From Octopus vulgaris (Eukaryota): a DNA stretch of 64,000 nucleotides. A program made the position numbers and the translations under genes. Below, piece after piece: positions 50,517 through 64,000 of this stretch; position 1 is the first letter of the stretch; each line of letters begins with the position of its first letter. Under the pieces are notes generated by a model. It was not told the DNA's origin. It made no database searches and was given only the letters and a program-made list of their open reading frames with translations. Location: the NCBI GenBank assembly GCA_951406725.2, contig OX597833.1, forward strand, positions 46,748,001 to 46,812,000. The letters run 5' to 3'.

Positions 50517-50990
50517 ATCATCATCATCATTGTCGTCATCATCATTTAACATCCGCTTTCCATGCTGGCATCAGCTGGGCAGTTTAACTGAGGGCTGGCA
50601 AGCCAGAAAGCTGTACCAGGCTCCACTCTGATCTGGCAAAGTTTCTACAGCTGGATGCCCTTCCTAACGCCAACCACTCCGAGAGTGTAGTGAGTGCTTT
50701 TTATGTACTACCAGCACGAGGGCCAGTAAGATGGCACTGGCATCGACCACGCTCGAATGATGCTTTTTACATGCAACCAGCACAGGAGCCAGTCAGGTGG
50801 CACTGGCAACGACCATGCTTGAATGGTGCTTTTTACATGTGACCAGCACGGGAGCCAGTCATGCGGCACTAGCATCAACCATGCTTGAATGGTGCTCTTT
50901 ACAACGATGACTTCACTTGACTCAACAGGTCTTTGCAAGCACAGTTTATTGCCCAATGACATAAGGGTACACTTAAAAGGGCTGATTATA
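50517..50990 (-). mobile_element. Family-D RTE-tail repeat with ~63-bp internal tandem units
   Basis: Same body as 9330-9540, 19110-19330 and 60247-60525; (TGA)n tail. Confidence 0.7.
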
Positions 50991-51531
50991 CTGCACTCAC
51001 ATAAAATAGAATTCTAGATGAATTAGGAGAATCATTAATAGTTGAAGGCATGGTTGTGTGGTAAGAAGTGTGCTTTCTAACAAGGTTTTTAGATGTAATC
51101 CCACTGCATGGAGCCTTGTGAGTGAATTTGGTAGATGGAAGCTAAAAGAAGACTGGGGTTAATGTAACTGACTAGCCCCCCCACCTCTCAATTTCAGGCC
51201 TTGTGCCTATAGTAGAAAAAATTATTATTATTATTATAAGCCAGCAAGCTAGCAGAATCATTAGCATGCCAGGCGAAATGCTTAGTGGTAATTCTCCTGT
51301 AGCTACATTCTGAGTTCAAGTTCTGCCAAGGTTGACTTTGCCTTTCATCTTTTCAGGGTCAGTAAATTAAGTACCAGTTGAGTACTGGGGTCGATGTAAT
51401 CAACTTAATCCCTCCCACCAGATTTCAGAATTATTATTATTATTAAATCAACTTACCCCCTCCCCCGAAATTACTGGCCCTGTGCCAAAATTTCAAATTA
51501 TCATCATCATCATCATCATCATTATTATTAC

Positions 51532-51563
<32 letters not shown>

Positions 51564-52671
51564 GAAGTGTGTCACATCATATTAAAACTCCCTCTGCTGA
51601 TTTGTTGTTTTCACTTTCCCCGGCAATAACAGCTGTTAAATCCACCCCAGGCCTTCATTTAACCGAAGGTAAGCTTCATAGGGTAAAACCCCAAATGAGT
51701 TGTTATTTTTACATTTGGATATAGAGCACAGAGAGAGAGATAGTGTGTGTGTGCGTGTGTGTGTAGTTAAGTGTACATGTATCTGTATGTTATGTTTAAT
51801 TGTATGTGTTTGATAGCATATGTGTATTTGTGTATCTCTAAATGTATTTGCATATTCATTTGTTTGTGTGTAAATGTGAGTGAATGTATATCTAAGTGTG
51901 TCTATATGTAGCTCAGCAAGTGTATGTGTGTTTCTGTGTATCTCTAAATATGTCTGTGTCTAAATATGTGCACTGGAGTATATTTAAAAGTGTCTAAGTA
52001 CAGCTAAGTGTATATACATCTATTTGTGTATATATGTGTGCATATGAGAGTGTATCTCATGTCCATGTGTACATCTAAGTGTGAACCACCCTCAACACTC
52101 CAAAGTATTACATTAGCCAAATACAACAGAAAACCTGCTGTCAGATATCCATTCACAAACATGTATAGATGCAGGTATGGCTGTGTGGTTAAGAAGTTTA
52201 CTTGCTAATAACATGGTTTCAAGTTCACTCCCACTGTGTGGTACCTTGGGCAAGTGGCTTCTACTATAGCCCCAGGCCAATGAATGATTTTTGAGTGGAT
52301 TTAGTAGATGGAACCTGAAAGAAATCTATGATATCTACACATCCACCTTTTGCCATTCTTCTATCTTATTGTTTCATATTCTCATACCTGGACTTCACAT
52401 CTCTCTCTCTCTCTCTTTCACTTTCCCCGTGGTCAAGCCATGTATTCACCTCTTCAGCAAGACACCTGCTCGGTTGAAGGATCTTATTTTGCAGGTTCTT
52501 AGTGACCTTACAGGTGCTGGTGCCATATAAAAAGCACCCAGTACACTCTGTGAAATGGTTGGCATCAAGAAGGGCATCCAGTTGTAGAAATCATACCAAA
52601 GGAGACATAGAACCTGGTAGAGCCCCTCCTTCTCATCTGTTCCAGTCAAAAAGGATGTATGATGATGATGT

Positions 52672-52707
<36 letters not shown>

Positions 52708-52832
52708 TTAGAGATAAAACCACTATTAGGCAAATCAAACAGTGAAAAGCATAAACCAAAACATAGAAATAGATTTAATTAATATAATATTAAATCTAAT
52801 TTTTCCCTGTAAGTTTGGATTTACTCCCTAAT

Positions 52833-52941
<109 letters not shown>

Positions 52942-53956
52942 ATATCTTGGAAATAGAATTAGAAATAAAATTGCTAATGTTGAATTTAGAACTTATAGAT
53001 TACCCTTATTTGAACTAATGATATGAACTTGTGTTGAGAGAGAGAAAAGGATAAATTCTGTTGCTTGTTTCAGTCATTGGACTGCAGCCATGGTGAGACA
53101 TTGTCTAAAGAGATTTAAAAAGGATTTAGTCAGTCAAATCAACTGCAGTACTTCTTTTAAGTTTGGTACGTATTCTATCGGGCTCTGTTTGACAAACTGC
53201 TATGCTATGGAGATATAAACAAACCAACACTGGTAGTCAAATTGTGAGAAACAAACACGAACATGCACTCAGATATGTATACACACATATAAATCATCAT
53301 CATTTAACGTCCACTTTACCATGCTTGCATGGGTCAGATGGAACTCATTGAGGCACGTTCTATACGGCTGGATGCCCATCCTGTTACCAACCCTCACCTG
53401 TTTCCAAGTAAGGTAAAATTTCTCCATGGTGAAACCTGGTTATCAGGAAAGACTAAAAATGATCAACACCACTTATATAACAGTGAGATACATTTACAAC
53501 CATCACATGATGTCGAGAGAAGGGTATATACAACTCTCCTCCCATATACATATCCACTTCTAGGGTTTCATTACTCCTGAAGGAGGAACCCCTCTCTGGA
53601 CTCTTTCCCCTGCTGCCTATCTTTGGCCAGTCATGACCATGTAGGCCCCAGAAGGCGGGAAAGATCATCTCACCATCTTGTCTTTGGTCAGCCTCTTGAC
53701 CTTGTCCATTGTCTTGGTATTCTTTCTGTTGACCCAATTGTCCATCTGTTGTCCTTCAGTCACACAATGTGGCAAGCCCATCTCTAAAGTAAGTCGAAAG
53801 GTAAGCTACTATAAATCGGCACAAACTTTCTGGACAACCCAATATATATATATATACACACACATACACAATTAAGGATAAAATCATTATAAAAATAATG
53901 ATCTTATCAGTAGCCAGTATGTAATAAAAACCATATAGGTAAGAATTAATATAGAT

Positions 53957-54215
53957 ATAATTATAATTAAAGGTACTGAGAAACAGAACCTACACACTAG
54001 AAATAGATATCAAATGACTCTAAAACCACATCATTTTTTACACTCCATTAGCACAGGTTGAAAGTGAGGTAAATTTATTATTATTTTTAATTCATTTAAC
54101 TCGCTTTCAACCTCTGCTAAAGAAGTGTAAAAAAATTATGTGGTTTTAAAGTCATTTGACGTCTGACGTCTATTACTAACATGCAGGTACTGTTTCTCAC
54201 CTTTAATTATAATTA
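53957..54215. repeat. Imperfect long hairpin (~120-bp arms)
   Basis: 53957-54077 is the reverse complement of ~54094-54215. Confidence 0.75.
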
Positions 54216-54218
54216 TTA

Positions 54219-54265
<47 letters not shown>

Positions 54266-54268
<3 letters not shown>

Positions 54269-54672
54269 CATAGGAGTGGCTGTGTGGTAAGTAGCTTGCT
54301 TACGAACCACATTGTTCCAGGTTCAGTCCCACTGAGTGGCACCTTGGGCAAGTGTCTTCTAGTATAGCCTCGGGCCGACCAAAGCCTTGTGAGTGGATTT
54401 GGTAGACGGAAACTGAAAGAAGCCTGTCGTATATATGTATATATATATGTATGTGTGTGTGTGTTTGTGTGTCTGTGTTTGTCCCTCTAGCATTGCTTGA
54501 CAACCGATGCTGGTGTGTTTACGTCCCCCTCACTTAGCGGTTCGGCAAAAGAGACCAATAGAATAAGTACTGGGCTTACAAAGAATAAGTCCAGGGGTCG
54601 ATTTGCTCGACTAAAGGCTGTGCTCCAGCATGGCCGCAGTCAAATGACTGAAACAAGTAAAAGAGTAAAGAG
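54266..54672 (+). mobile_element. Family-A SINE
   Basis: Consensus match. Confidence 0.9.
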
Positions 54673-54680
54673 AGATATAT

Positions 54681-54817
54681 AAAGGGAAAGTTTACGAAAA
54701 TAAACAAAAGACGAAGAGAGGTGGTGTACAAATAAACAGATGTATTAGTATAGTGCTCAAGAATAGAAAAAGTCTTTTACGTTTCGAGCCTACGCTCTTC
54801 TACAGAAAGGTACACAG

Positions 54818-54820
<3 letters not shown>
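54681..54820 (-). mobile_element. Second copy of the CTGTAGA-hammerhead element
   Basis: Matches 7372-7512; HHR at 54809-54774. Confidence 0.65.
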
Positions 54821-54859
<39 letters not shown>

Positions 54860-54913
54860 TATTTACAATTAAAGGAAATGAACTGAGAGAAATTATCATG
54901 CTGCAGGACTTAC

Positions 54914-55121
54914 TTATAAGGTGCCAGATAAAATGTTTTTTAACAGTATATAAATTTGAGTTATAATACCAACATGAATATTCTGAGAAAAGTACTCCAT
55001 TAGATATAGAACAGCAGGAATGGGGATAAGGCCAACTAATGTTGGAGTAGCAGAAATGAGAAGTTAGAAATAATTTAGACCTCTGTACATCAAATAAGAA
55101 AGAATGCAAAGAGGTGTGCTG
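54914..55121 (-). other. Candidate upstream (probably non-coding) exon
   Basis: Long poly-T tract then gcacag|cag (NAGNAG acceptor) and a consensus GTAAGT donor at 54913; unique sequence in between. Confidence 0.4.
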
Positions 55122-55914
55122 CTGTGCAAAAAAAAAAAAAAAAAAAAAAAAAAAAGGAAGCAAACAAAATCTATTCAACCCTTATTTGGGAAAGTAAAGT
55201 TTAAAAAAAAAAAAAAAGGACAAAAAAAATACAGGTGAACAACAACATTCTTCACCACTGATGATATTGATTTATTAGTTCTGTTAAACTTAATGGAGAA
55301 CAGATAGAGAGAGAAAACAATGATGATGTTGAAGGTGGTGGTGGTGGTGACGACGATGATGATGAAAATGATGATGATGATGATGATGATGACAATGATG
55401 ATGATGCTGATTGTGATGAGGACTCAAATTTCAACCAGTTGTAAGTGAATGCTACAAGGAAGCTACCTCCTCTGAGAAATAACAGCAGGCAAACATCAAT
55501 ATGTATTGGAAAATGTAACAAATATTGATCTTTTATTTTATTTGCCTGTTTAGAATGTTATTTAATGTTTTATGCTTCAATTTGCGTTGTTTATGAGGTA
55601 GCGGGGAGAGAGAGAAACATCAGACTATAAACCCAGGTGAGAATATTACCGTTCCATCTCTGAAAAAACTTTTCGGGGTGGTTTGACAAGGAAAACCAAA
55701 ATATAGTTCAATAAAGCTCTATTTAGGTTAGGTTTGGTTTAGGCTGCTGTCATTGTTGAGCACCGCATAAACACTAAACTGGTGGTAGACAAAATTACTC
55801 TGCAGCATTTGTCCCACCTCTTTAGGTTTCAAGTTCAAATCCTGCCAAGGTTGATTTTGGTTTTCATCCTTTCTGGAGCCCACAGAAAAATAACAGTGAT
55901 CTTTTATTTACATA

Positions 55915-56318
55915 AGCGCAAGAGTGGCTGTGAGGTAAGTAGCTTGCTTACCAACCATATGGTTCCGGGTTCAGTCACACTGCGTGGCACCTTGGGCAAG
56001 TGTCTTCTACTATAGCCTCGGGCCGACCAAAGCCTTGTGAGTGGATTTGGTAGACGGAAACTGAAAGAAGCCCGTCGTATATATGTATATGTATATATGT
56101 GTGTGTGTTTGTGTGTCTGTGTTTATCCCCCCAACAGCGCTTAACAACCAATGCTGGTGTGTTTACGTCCCCGTAACTTAGTGGTTCGGCAAAAGAGACC
56201 GATAGAATAAGTACTAGGCTTACAAAGAATAAGTCCTGGGGTCGATTTGCTTGACTAAAGGCAGTGCTCCAGCATGGCCGCAGTCAAATGATTGAAACAA
56301 GTAAAAGAGTAAAGAGTA
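55915..56318 (+). mobile_element. Family-A SINE
   Basis: Consensus match. Confidence 0.9.
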
Positions 56319-56651
56319 AATGATTTTGCAAATCATGATCATACAGAGGTAGTTTCTGCCACTAACCATCTTGTCCTTTTGTTTATCAGTGACAACACTC
56401 TCAAATGAGTGGAATTCGGCTTTAAGCAGCCCATATAACCCCCCTCGTATCTTCTTTATTTTTTGGAAAATGATGCTAAATGATGATGATTATATAAGTC
56501 CACTTTGCTGGGAGTACTTTCTGCTAGGGGGTTGGTGTGAAGAAGGGCATCCAGTTGTAAAAACCCTGCCAAAACAGACACAAACAGTCTGAGGCAGGCC
56601 TAGCCAGCTCCTGTCAAACTGTCCAACACATGCCAGCATGGAAGGCAGGCA

Positions 56652-56935
56652 TCTCTCTATATATAAACGGCAGTTTGTCTGTCTGTGTGTCTGTCAGGTT
56701 GTACCCTCACCCTGACCACGGCTTTCAACTGATTCTCATGAAACTTGACACACACAGCCCAATGTCATAATTCAAAACTAACACAGCGAAAATTTTGAAA
56801 AGTTCCCTCAGTTCTAGAAGACATTGCAACCTACACATGCGCCTTCGTTCCCTAGGGGGAAAGAACTAGATTGGGATTAGTCGTTGCCTACTAGGGGCTC
56901 TTACATACCCGAGCAACGCCGGGCTATGCTGCTAG
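56652..56935 (+). mobile_element. Non-autonomous Helitron inserted in a family-D repeat
   Basis: A|TCTCTCTATATATAAACGG ... cccgagcaacgccggg..CTAG|T; removing it restores ggcaggca|ttaaacaataatgatga (cf. 19084-19110) with no TSD. Confidence 0.85.
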
Positions 56936-58023
56936 TTAAACAATAATGATGACATACACACACACACATATATACATACATACACGGGGCTTTCACACAG
57001 TTTCCATCAACCAAATTCACTCACAAGACACAGGTCAGCCTGGGACCATAGCAGAAGATATTGGGACTGAACCTGAAACTTCATGGTTGCAAAGCAAGCT
57101 TCTTGACCACAAAACCATACACGCATCTATGAAAAATAGAGGAGGAAAAAATGTTTTGTTTTTTTTTTTCCACAACTACAACACCTTTTATTGTGGCTCT
57201 GTCAATCAGGATTGGCCTTGGGATGAAGAATAACAAACATTAGGGGAAAAAAATAATAGCTTTAATAATATGATGAAAGAGATAAGTTAGTCATTATTAA
57301 TTAATAACACGCACTGACTAATCAACATAATTATGTCGGCATTTTTCTCAGGTAACACCTGAATGTGTTTTAGTTTGTAAATAACAATTTCCTACATTAG
57401 ACATATTTGCTGCTGCTGTTGTTTAACTCAAGGTCAATGTTGATCAAGCAAACCTTTGATCAAAAGTATTCCAGCCATGACCATCCGTTTGGTTTTGTTT
57501 TTTCTTTTTTTTTTCTTTACAAGTACAGGCTGTCTGGCTATCTAAGACCACACGTGCTTAATCATCATCATCATCAACCAGTATCCACTTTTCCATGCTT
57601 GCATGGTTTAAGCAGAATTTGTTAAGGCAGATTTGTCTATGGCTGGATGCCTTTCCTCTCACTAACCCTTGCCTGTTTTCAAGTAAGGTAATATTTCTCT
57701 GTGGCAAAACATGGTTTTCATGGAAGACTAGAAATGACCAACAATGCATCCTCCTAATTTTTTTTCTTTATTTTACTTTAAAATGATTTGAGTAAAATTT
57801 GGCTGTTATTTCTACCAAATGGAGCAAGCTCTTAAAAGCTCCCTCAAAGACTGATAAAAATCAACTGAAGCATTCTCAGTACATATCTATTATCTTATTG
57901 ATCCCGGAGTGAGAGAAGAAAGTATAGTTGGCCTAGAGAAAGAAAAAAATATAGTTGGCCCTTTATCTAAACATCATGGGCCAACCCTGAATACCATATA
58001 GCATGGCCATTGCTTATCGCAAT

Positions 58024-58403
58024 AGGCGCAGGAGTGGCTGTGTGGCAAGTAGCTTGCTTCCCAACCACATGGTTCCAGGTTCAGTCCCACTGCATGGCAC
58101 CTTGGGCAAGTGTCTTATACTATAGCCTCGGGTTGACCAAAGCCTTGTGAGTGGTCTTGGTAGATGGAAACTGAAAGAAGCCCATCAGATGTGTGTGTGT
58201 GTTTGTGTGTCTGTGTTTGTCCCCCCCAACATCGCTTGACAACCGATGCTAGTGTGTTTGCGTCCTTATAACTTAGTGGTTCGGCAAGAGAGACCGATAG
58301 AATAAGTACTAGGCTTACAAAGAATAAGCCCTGGGGTTGATTTGCCTGACTAAAGGCGGTGATCCAGCATGGCCACAGTCAAATGACTGAAACAAATAAA
58401 AGA
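58024..58403 (+). mobile_element. Family-A SINE
   Basis: Consensus match. Confidence 0.9.
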
Positions 58404-58925
58404 ATGTATTCACATTGTTTCGAGTTAATCATGCATTATCTTGCAGTTTTTGAGATTCTGATGATGTGATTGTTTATTTTTAGGTGTTTTTGCTCAATAA
58501 ACACACACAATACCCGGTGTGGGAATTGAAACCGCGATTTTCCGACCGCAAGTCCGCTGTCCTAACCACTGGGCCATTGCGCCTCCACACCACACATTGA
58601 TACTGAATCCAAAACCATATGATTACAAAGCGAATTTTTAAATCACACAACTATGCTTGTACTTATATATGCTTAAATATGATAAATTTGAAACTTCATG
58701 CTGAAATAAATAGCCTTGATAGACATTTATTAATTTTAATAAGTATCTAGCAATTAATCTTTTAATCTTTTGAATTAGCAGAAACAAACTGATAACTGGC
58801 AAGATATGAAAATGCTTATGAAGGACTAGAAAAAAAGTTTCAACTGCAAGCAAATACAAATTGTATCACTAAATTAATAAGTGATGACAAATCCACCCCT
58901 CCTCCTCCTCATCATCATCATCATC

Positions 58926-59529
58926 TGTTTCTTTATTACCCACAAGAGGGCTAAACACAGAGAGGACAAACAAGGACAGACAAACGGATTAAGTCGATTA
59001 TATCGATCCCAATGCGTAACTGGTACTTAATTTATCGACCCCGAAAGGATGAAAGGCAAAGTGGACCTCGGCGGAATTTGAACTCAGAACATAACGGCAG
59101 GCGAAATACGTATTTCTTTATTACCCACAAGGGGCTAAACACAGAGGGGACAAACAAGGACAGACATATAGGTATTAAGTCGATTACATCGACCCCAGTG
59201 CGTAACTGGTACTTAATTTATCGACCCCGAAAGGATGAAAGGCAAAGTCGACCTCGGCGGAATTTGAACTCAGAACGTAGCGGCAGACGAAATACCTATA
59301 TCTATTTCTTTACTACCCACAAGGGGTTAAACACAGAGGGGACAAACAAGGACAGACAAATGGATTAAGTCGATTATATCGACCCCAATGCGTAACTGGT
59401 ACTTAATTTATTGACCCCGAAAGGATGAAAGGCAAAGTCGACCTCGGCGGAATTTGAACTCAGAACTCAGACGAAATATGGCTACGCATTTCGCCCGGTG
59501 TGCTAACGGTTCTGCCAGCTCACCACCTT
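58926..59529 (-). repeat. Family-B SINE trimer (one head, three bodies)
   Basis: Three ~184-190-bp units. Confidence 0.9.
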
Positions 59530-60165
59530 TCATCATCACCACCACCACCACCAACACCACCATCGTTATCATCATCAATTAACATTCGTTTTCCATGCTG
59601 GCATGGGTTGGATGGCTTGACAGAAACTAGCAGACCAAGGGCCAAACCAGGTTTTACAGTCTGTTTTGGTTTGATTTCTACAGCTGGATGCCCTTCCTAA
59701 AACCAACCACTTTACAGAGTGTACTGGATGCTTTTTACATGGTACCATCACCAGTGCTTTCTACATGGCACCCTAATTTTAGGTCTCAATTCTCATGTGA
59801 TGAATGGGTCTTCTAGAGTACAGCAATGGACCACATCTCTTGGTCCTCTCTCATACAGGACAGACAGAATTCATCGAGGCTGATTTTCTACAGTCAGATG
59901 TCCTTCCTGTGACCAGCCTTCACCTGTTTCCAAGCAAGCTAATATTTCCTCATGACCAGATGACTTGGATGATGGTGATGCTCATAAATAATTATCATAC
60001 AATCTCAAGACAAGTAGGCACACACACACCATTTAATGTCCATGTTCCATGCTAGGATGCGCTGGACAGTTTGATGAGAACTGATGTCCCCAAGGACTGC
60101 ACTGAGCACCAATGTCTGTTTTGGCATGGTTTCTATAGCTGGGTCCTCTTCCAAATGCCTACCAC

Positions 60166-60248
<83 letters not shown>

Positions 60249-61565
60249 CATCATTGTTTAACATCCATTTTCCATGCTAGCATGGGTTGGATGGTTCGAC
60301 CGGGGTCTGGGAAGCCAGGAGGCTGCACCAGGCTCCAGTCTGATCTGGCAATGTTTCTACAGCTGGATGCCCTTTCTAACGCCAAACACTCCATGAGTGT
60401 AGTGGGTGCTTTTTACATGCCACCAGCACAGGGGCCAGAGGGGGGCCACGATCAGTTGGTGCTTTTGACGTGCCACCGGCATGGACGCCAGTCAAGGCAG
60501 CACTGGCATCGGCCACGTTTAGATGGTGTGTATATATATATATATATACACACACACACGCACATATATTTACACACAAACACACATACATACATTCACA
60601 ACAAGCTTCTTTCAGTTTTCATCTACCAAATCCACTCACAAGGCTTTGTTCAACCCAGGGCTATAGTAGAAGACACTTGCCCAAGGTGCCACGCAGAGGC
60701 ACTGAACCCAAAAACCGCTTGGTTTGGGAAGCAAACTTCTCAACCCCACAGCCACTCCTGCAACAGAAACAACAAAATTTACCAACAAAAAATTCCTAAA
60801 AATTTAGTAAACAATTTATTTGAGGTTAACGAATTAAAAGGATAAAATCTTATGCCTTTGCTTTCATAAACATATATGCACACACACATACACACACATA
60901 CATTAATGGGATTGCTAATGGGATTTAGATTGGAATTAAATCAAAAGTCCTGGAAAACTCATTAATTTCTTACAGGACTATAATCATAACCTCAACTTTG
61001 AAGAAATCTTCTTGCAAGAATTCACCTAACAAGTTTGTTATATTTAATCTCTCATCTTCTTATTATCGCCAATATTCCAACAAGACAGCAACCAGATAAA
61101 GAATTTATAAATGAAACATTAAAGACAAGAATATTTATATATTTCTTCAAATGGTTAATACAACAAATAGATGGAACCATTTGCTTGTGATGCAAATTAT
61201 AAGTGATGGATTTCACCTTAGCCTTTGGTGTTAGTACCTGATCTAACGTACTGCCTCAACTCTTTTCTATCATATCATCTTGTAGCCTGTTTCCAAACCA
61301 CCAAGTAACATCCATTCAGGCTATCTGTTCATACAATACAGTCTCTTTTCTTGTGCATAATAAACCTATATATGCCTTTCATACACAGTATGTAACTATG
61401 TAAAAGAGGTCTTCTAGTCTTCGTTAAGACATCTATCCAAAAGAAGGAAATTTCAAAATAACATTAGTCTCATTGCAAAGCTGGAGGTCTTGTTTGTTTC
61501 TGGATTATTTGCCTTTGTAGTTGATAGTCTTAGCAGTTTTGTGCAAGCCATTATTTACTTTAACT

Positions 61566-62020
61566 TTCATATTTCTTTATTGCCCACAAGGGGTTAAACA
61601 TAGAGGGGACAAACAAGGACAGACAAACAGATTAAGTCGATTACATCGACACCCAGTGCATAACTGGTACTGAATTTATCGACCCCAAAAGGATGAAAGG
61701 CAAAGTCAACTTCAGTGGAATTTGAACTCAGAATGTAGCGGCAGATGAAATACCACTAAGCATTTCGTCCGGTGTGCTAACGTTTCTTATTTCTTTATTG
61801 CCCACAAGGGGTTAAACATGGAGGGGACAAACAAGGACAGACAAGCGGATTAAGTCGATTACAATGACCCCAGTGCGTAACTGGTACTTAATTTATTGAC
61901 CTCGAAAGGATGAAAGACAAAGTCAACATCAGCGGAATTTGAACTCACAACGTAACGGCAGGTAAAATACCACTAAGCATTTCGTCCAGCGTGCTCACGT
62001 TTCTGCCAGCTCACCACCTT
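61566..62020 (-). repeat. Family-B SINE dimer with a different junction
   Basis: Junction tail ..aaagaaataag|aaacgttagc at ~61785. Confidence 0.85.
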
Positions 62021-62253
62021 CAAATTTACTTTAACTTTCAGTATAGATATTTATAATAGCCATTGTCTTTAATATCTAGGATAAGAGAATTTTCTAGTGC
62101 TGCTCATATTCATCAACAAGTTGACAGCCATCATGTATGTATGTATGTTTTCTTTGAGATTCATTTAAGTTATCCTTCATGGAGTTCAAGCCAGTGACAA
62201 GGTTCTTTGAGTTAAGACAGTTCCTGGGATTTGTAAATATGTGGTTGAGCTAA

Positions 62254-62673
62254 TCAATATCTATAAAACTGAAACGTGAAAAAGTTGCTTGATTTCTTGG
62301 TTATTTGTCTCATTTTGGAATGGGAACGCTTTAAGGGACGGTAGATGGGGTCAGATTGGCACCCAAATTTACACGGGGGGGGAGGGTTAAAATGGGGTGG
62401 CCAATGGTGTGAGGAGGGTTGCAAGTCACTCGGGGCTACCGTTTGATTGCCATGATGAGGAATATGGGAAAAGGAGAAAAGAAAGAGTGGAAGAAGAGAA
62501 AGAAGAAAAAGAAGATAAAGACGAGGAAAAAATAAGAAAAAGGAAAAGAAGAGGGCAATAAAAAGAACCAGGCAAAGACGACGAACAAAAGAAGAAAAAA
62601 GGGAAAAGGAGACAACACACACAAAACAACACCACCACCAAAACCCGAGCAAGGCACGGGTCAAAATAGCTAG
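62254..62673 (+). mobile_element. Non-autonomous Helitron
   Basis: A|TCAATATCTATAAAACTG start; hairpin cccgagcaaggcacggg; ends CTAG|T at 62670-62673. Confidence 0.7.
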
Positions 62674-62755
62674 TGTGTGCATAAATGTAGATGTATACAC
62701 CTGTACTTATGTCTTCTGTAAACAGGTCTCTTTAGTACTTAGGTGTTTGTGCATA

Positions 62756-63267
62756 CAGTAAATCCTCAAGTATAATCCACATTTTTTCCCCAAAATTTAA
62801 AGGTCAAAATCCCTAGTGCGTACTATATACGAGGTTAAAAATGAAAAATATTTTCTAAGCAATGTCCAAGTCTCTATATGCTGTCTGGCAATGTTTATTC
62901 AGACGCATTTTGTGATGTCGGGCACGAAAATACCTTAAGCTAAGCCTGAAAGCAATGAAGTCATAAAAGAATCATCCATAACTTGCAGTAAGCAACATTT
63001 ATTAAATGTTATTACTGTTATTTCTTTATTTTCTGCAAACAAAATGCACAAAAAAGCTACACGTTTGCATTATATTATATATACAATAATAATAAAGGAC
63101 ATTACCGTATACATTTTTACAAACCAAGGACGTTATATAGACCGCCTTGACTCAAGTTAAAGAAGGGGTGTGTATTATACACAAGGTTTAGGTTTTTCAG
63201 AGGTACAGCCCCCTAAAAATCCCTTGCGTATTATACACAAGGGCAGACTACACTCAAGGATTTATGG
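62756..63267. mobile_element. Tc1/mariner (pogo/Tc2-like) MITE
   Basis: TA|CAGTAAATCCTCAAGTATAATC ... GACTACACTCAAGGATTTATGG|TA imperfect TIRs with TA TSD. Confidence 0.75.
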
Positions 63268-64000
63268 TATGTACATTCTTCATCACTTTTTACATACATG
63301 CCTTTGTAGATGCACACAACAAAGTGTGCACATTTATTCACTTAAAGAATCTCAGATGGAAAATCTTTGGATTGTCTGGCAAATTTTTACTGTTCTGCTA
63401 CTAGAATGGAATTGGAGAATGAGTTATTGGTGTCTTTTGTTCTTAGAAAATCCTAGCATTTCTAGGATTTTGTGCAAATGTGTAGTATGTATGCATGTAT
63501 GTGTGTGTGTTTGTGTACATAAGTATGTGCAGACAAACATATACACTGTAGTTCCTTTATTTAATGTTAGGTTTGTTCGTGCTAATAAGGGCTTGACAGT
63601 GACTTCTGAGGTAGGATTCTACAGTCAGATGCACCTCTTGTCACCATCTTACATTTTGCAAATAAGGAATGTCATATTCTAAAGGTCTTTGAAAGAGCAG
63701 AGTGACCAGTCATAATGTCAACTGAGAATGTAAACACCATATCATTGGCAGTAACAAGAAAAGGAGTGGGATATTAATACACACACACAAAGGCTTGCAT
63801 GGCAGATTCCCACAATTTCCTTTTACCAAATCTACCAACAAGACATGGATCAGCCCAGGTCAATTGTACAAGACACTTATTCAAGGTGCCATGCAGTGGG
63901 ACTGAACCTCAAACCCACATGGTTGCAAAACACATTGCCGTGCTTCTAACTTTAGTTAATTTGTACAGTTGACTAATGGAGTTGGTATGTAGTTAATTAG

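Overview
Eukaryotic, AT-rich, repeat-saturated genomic DNA, most consistent with an octopus (coleoid cephalopod). The organism is inferred from the SINE and microsatellite landscape, not from a search. The only convincing host coding sequence is the first coding exon of a PPP1R16A/B-like (MYPT3/TIMAP/MYPT-75D family) PP1 regulatory subunit on the minus strand (4852-5122). The rest of the window is probably its long 5' intronic/upstream region, with a few candidate non-coding exons. Almost all ORF-track entries are microsatellite or SINE artefacts. The window holds many tRNA-derived SINEs (two very abundant families plus modular CORE/V-like ones), CR1/L2-like and RTE LINE fragments, five non-autonomous Helitrons, and piggyBac-, hAT- and Tc1/pogo-type MITEs. 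Most interesting is a set of at least six distinct short non-coding elements carrying minimal type-I hammerhead-ribozyme motifs, several with non-canonical cores. They are often arranged as inverted or partial-tandem repeats in (TA)n tracts, i.e. Penelope-like/retrozyme-like RNAs. One is a tRNA-headed (Pol III), TSD-flanked hammerhead SINE, and another is a 364-nt hairpin-rich unit that could form a circular RNA.
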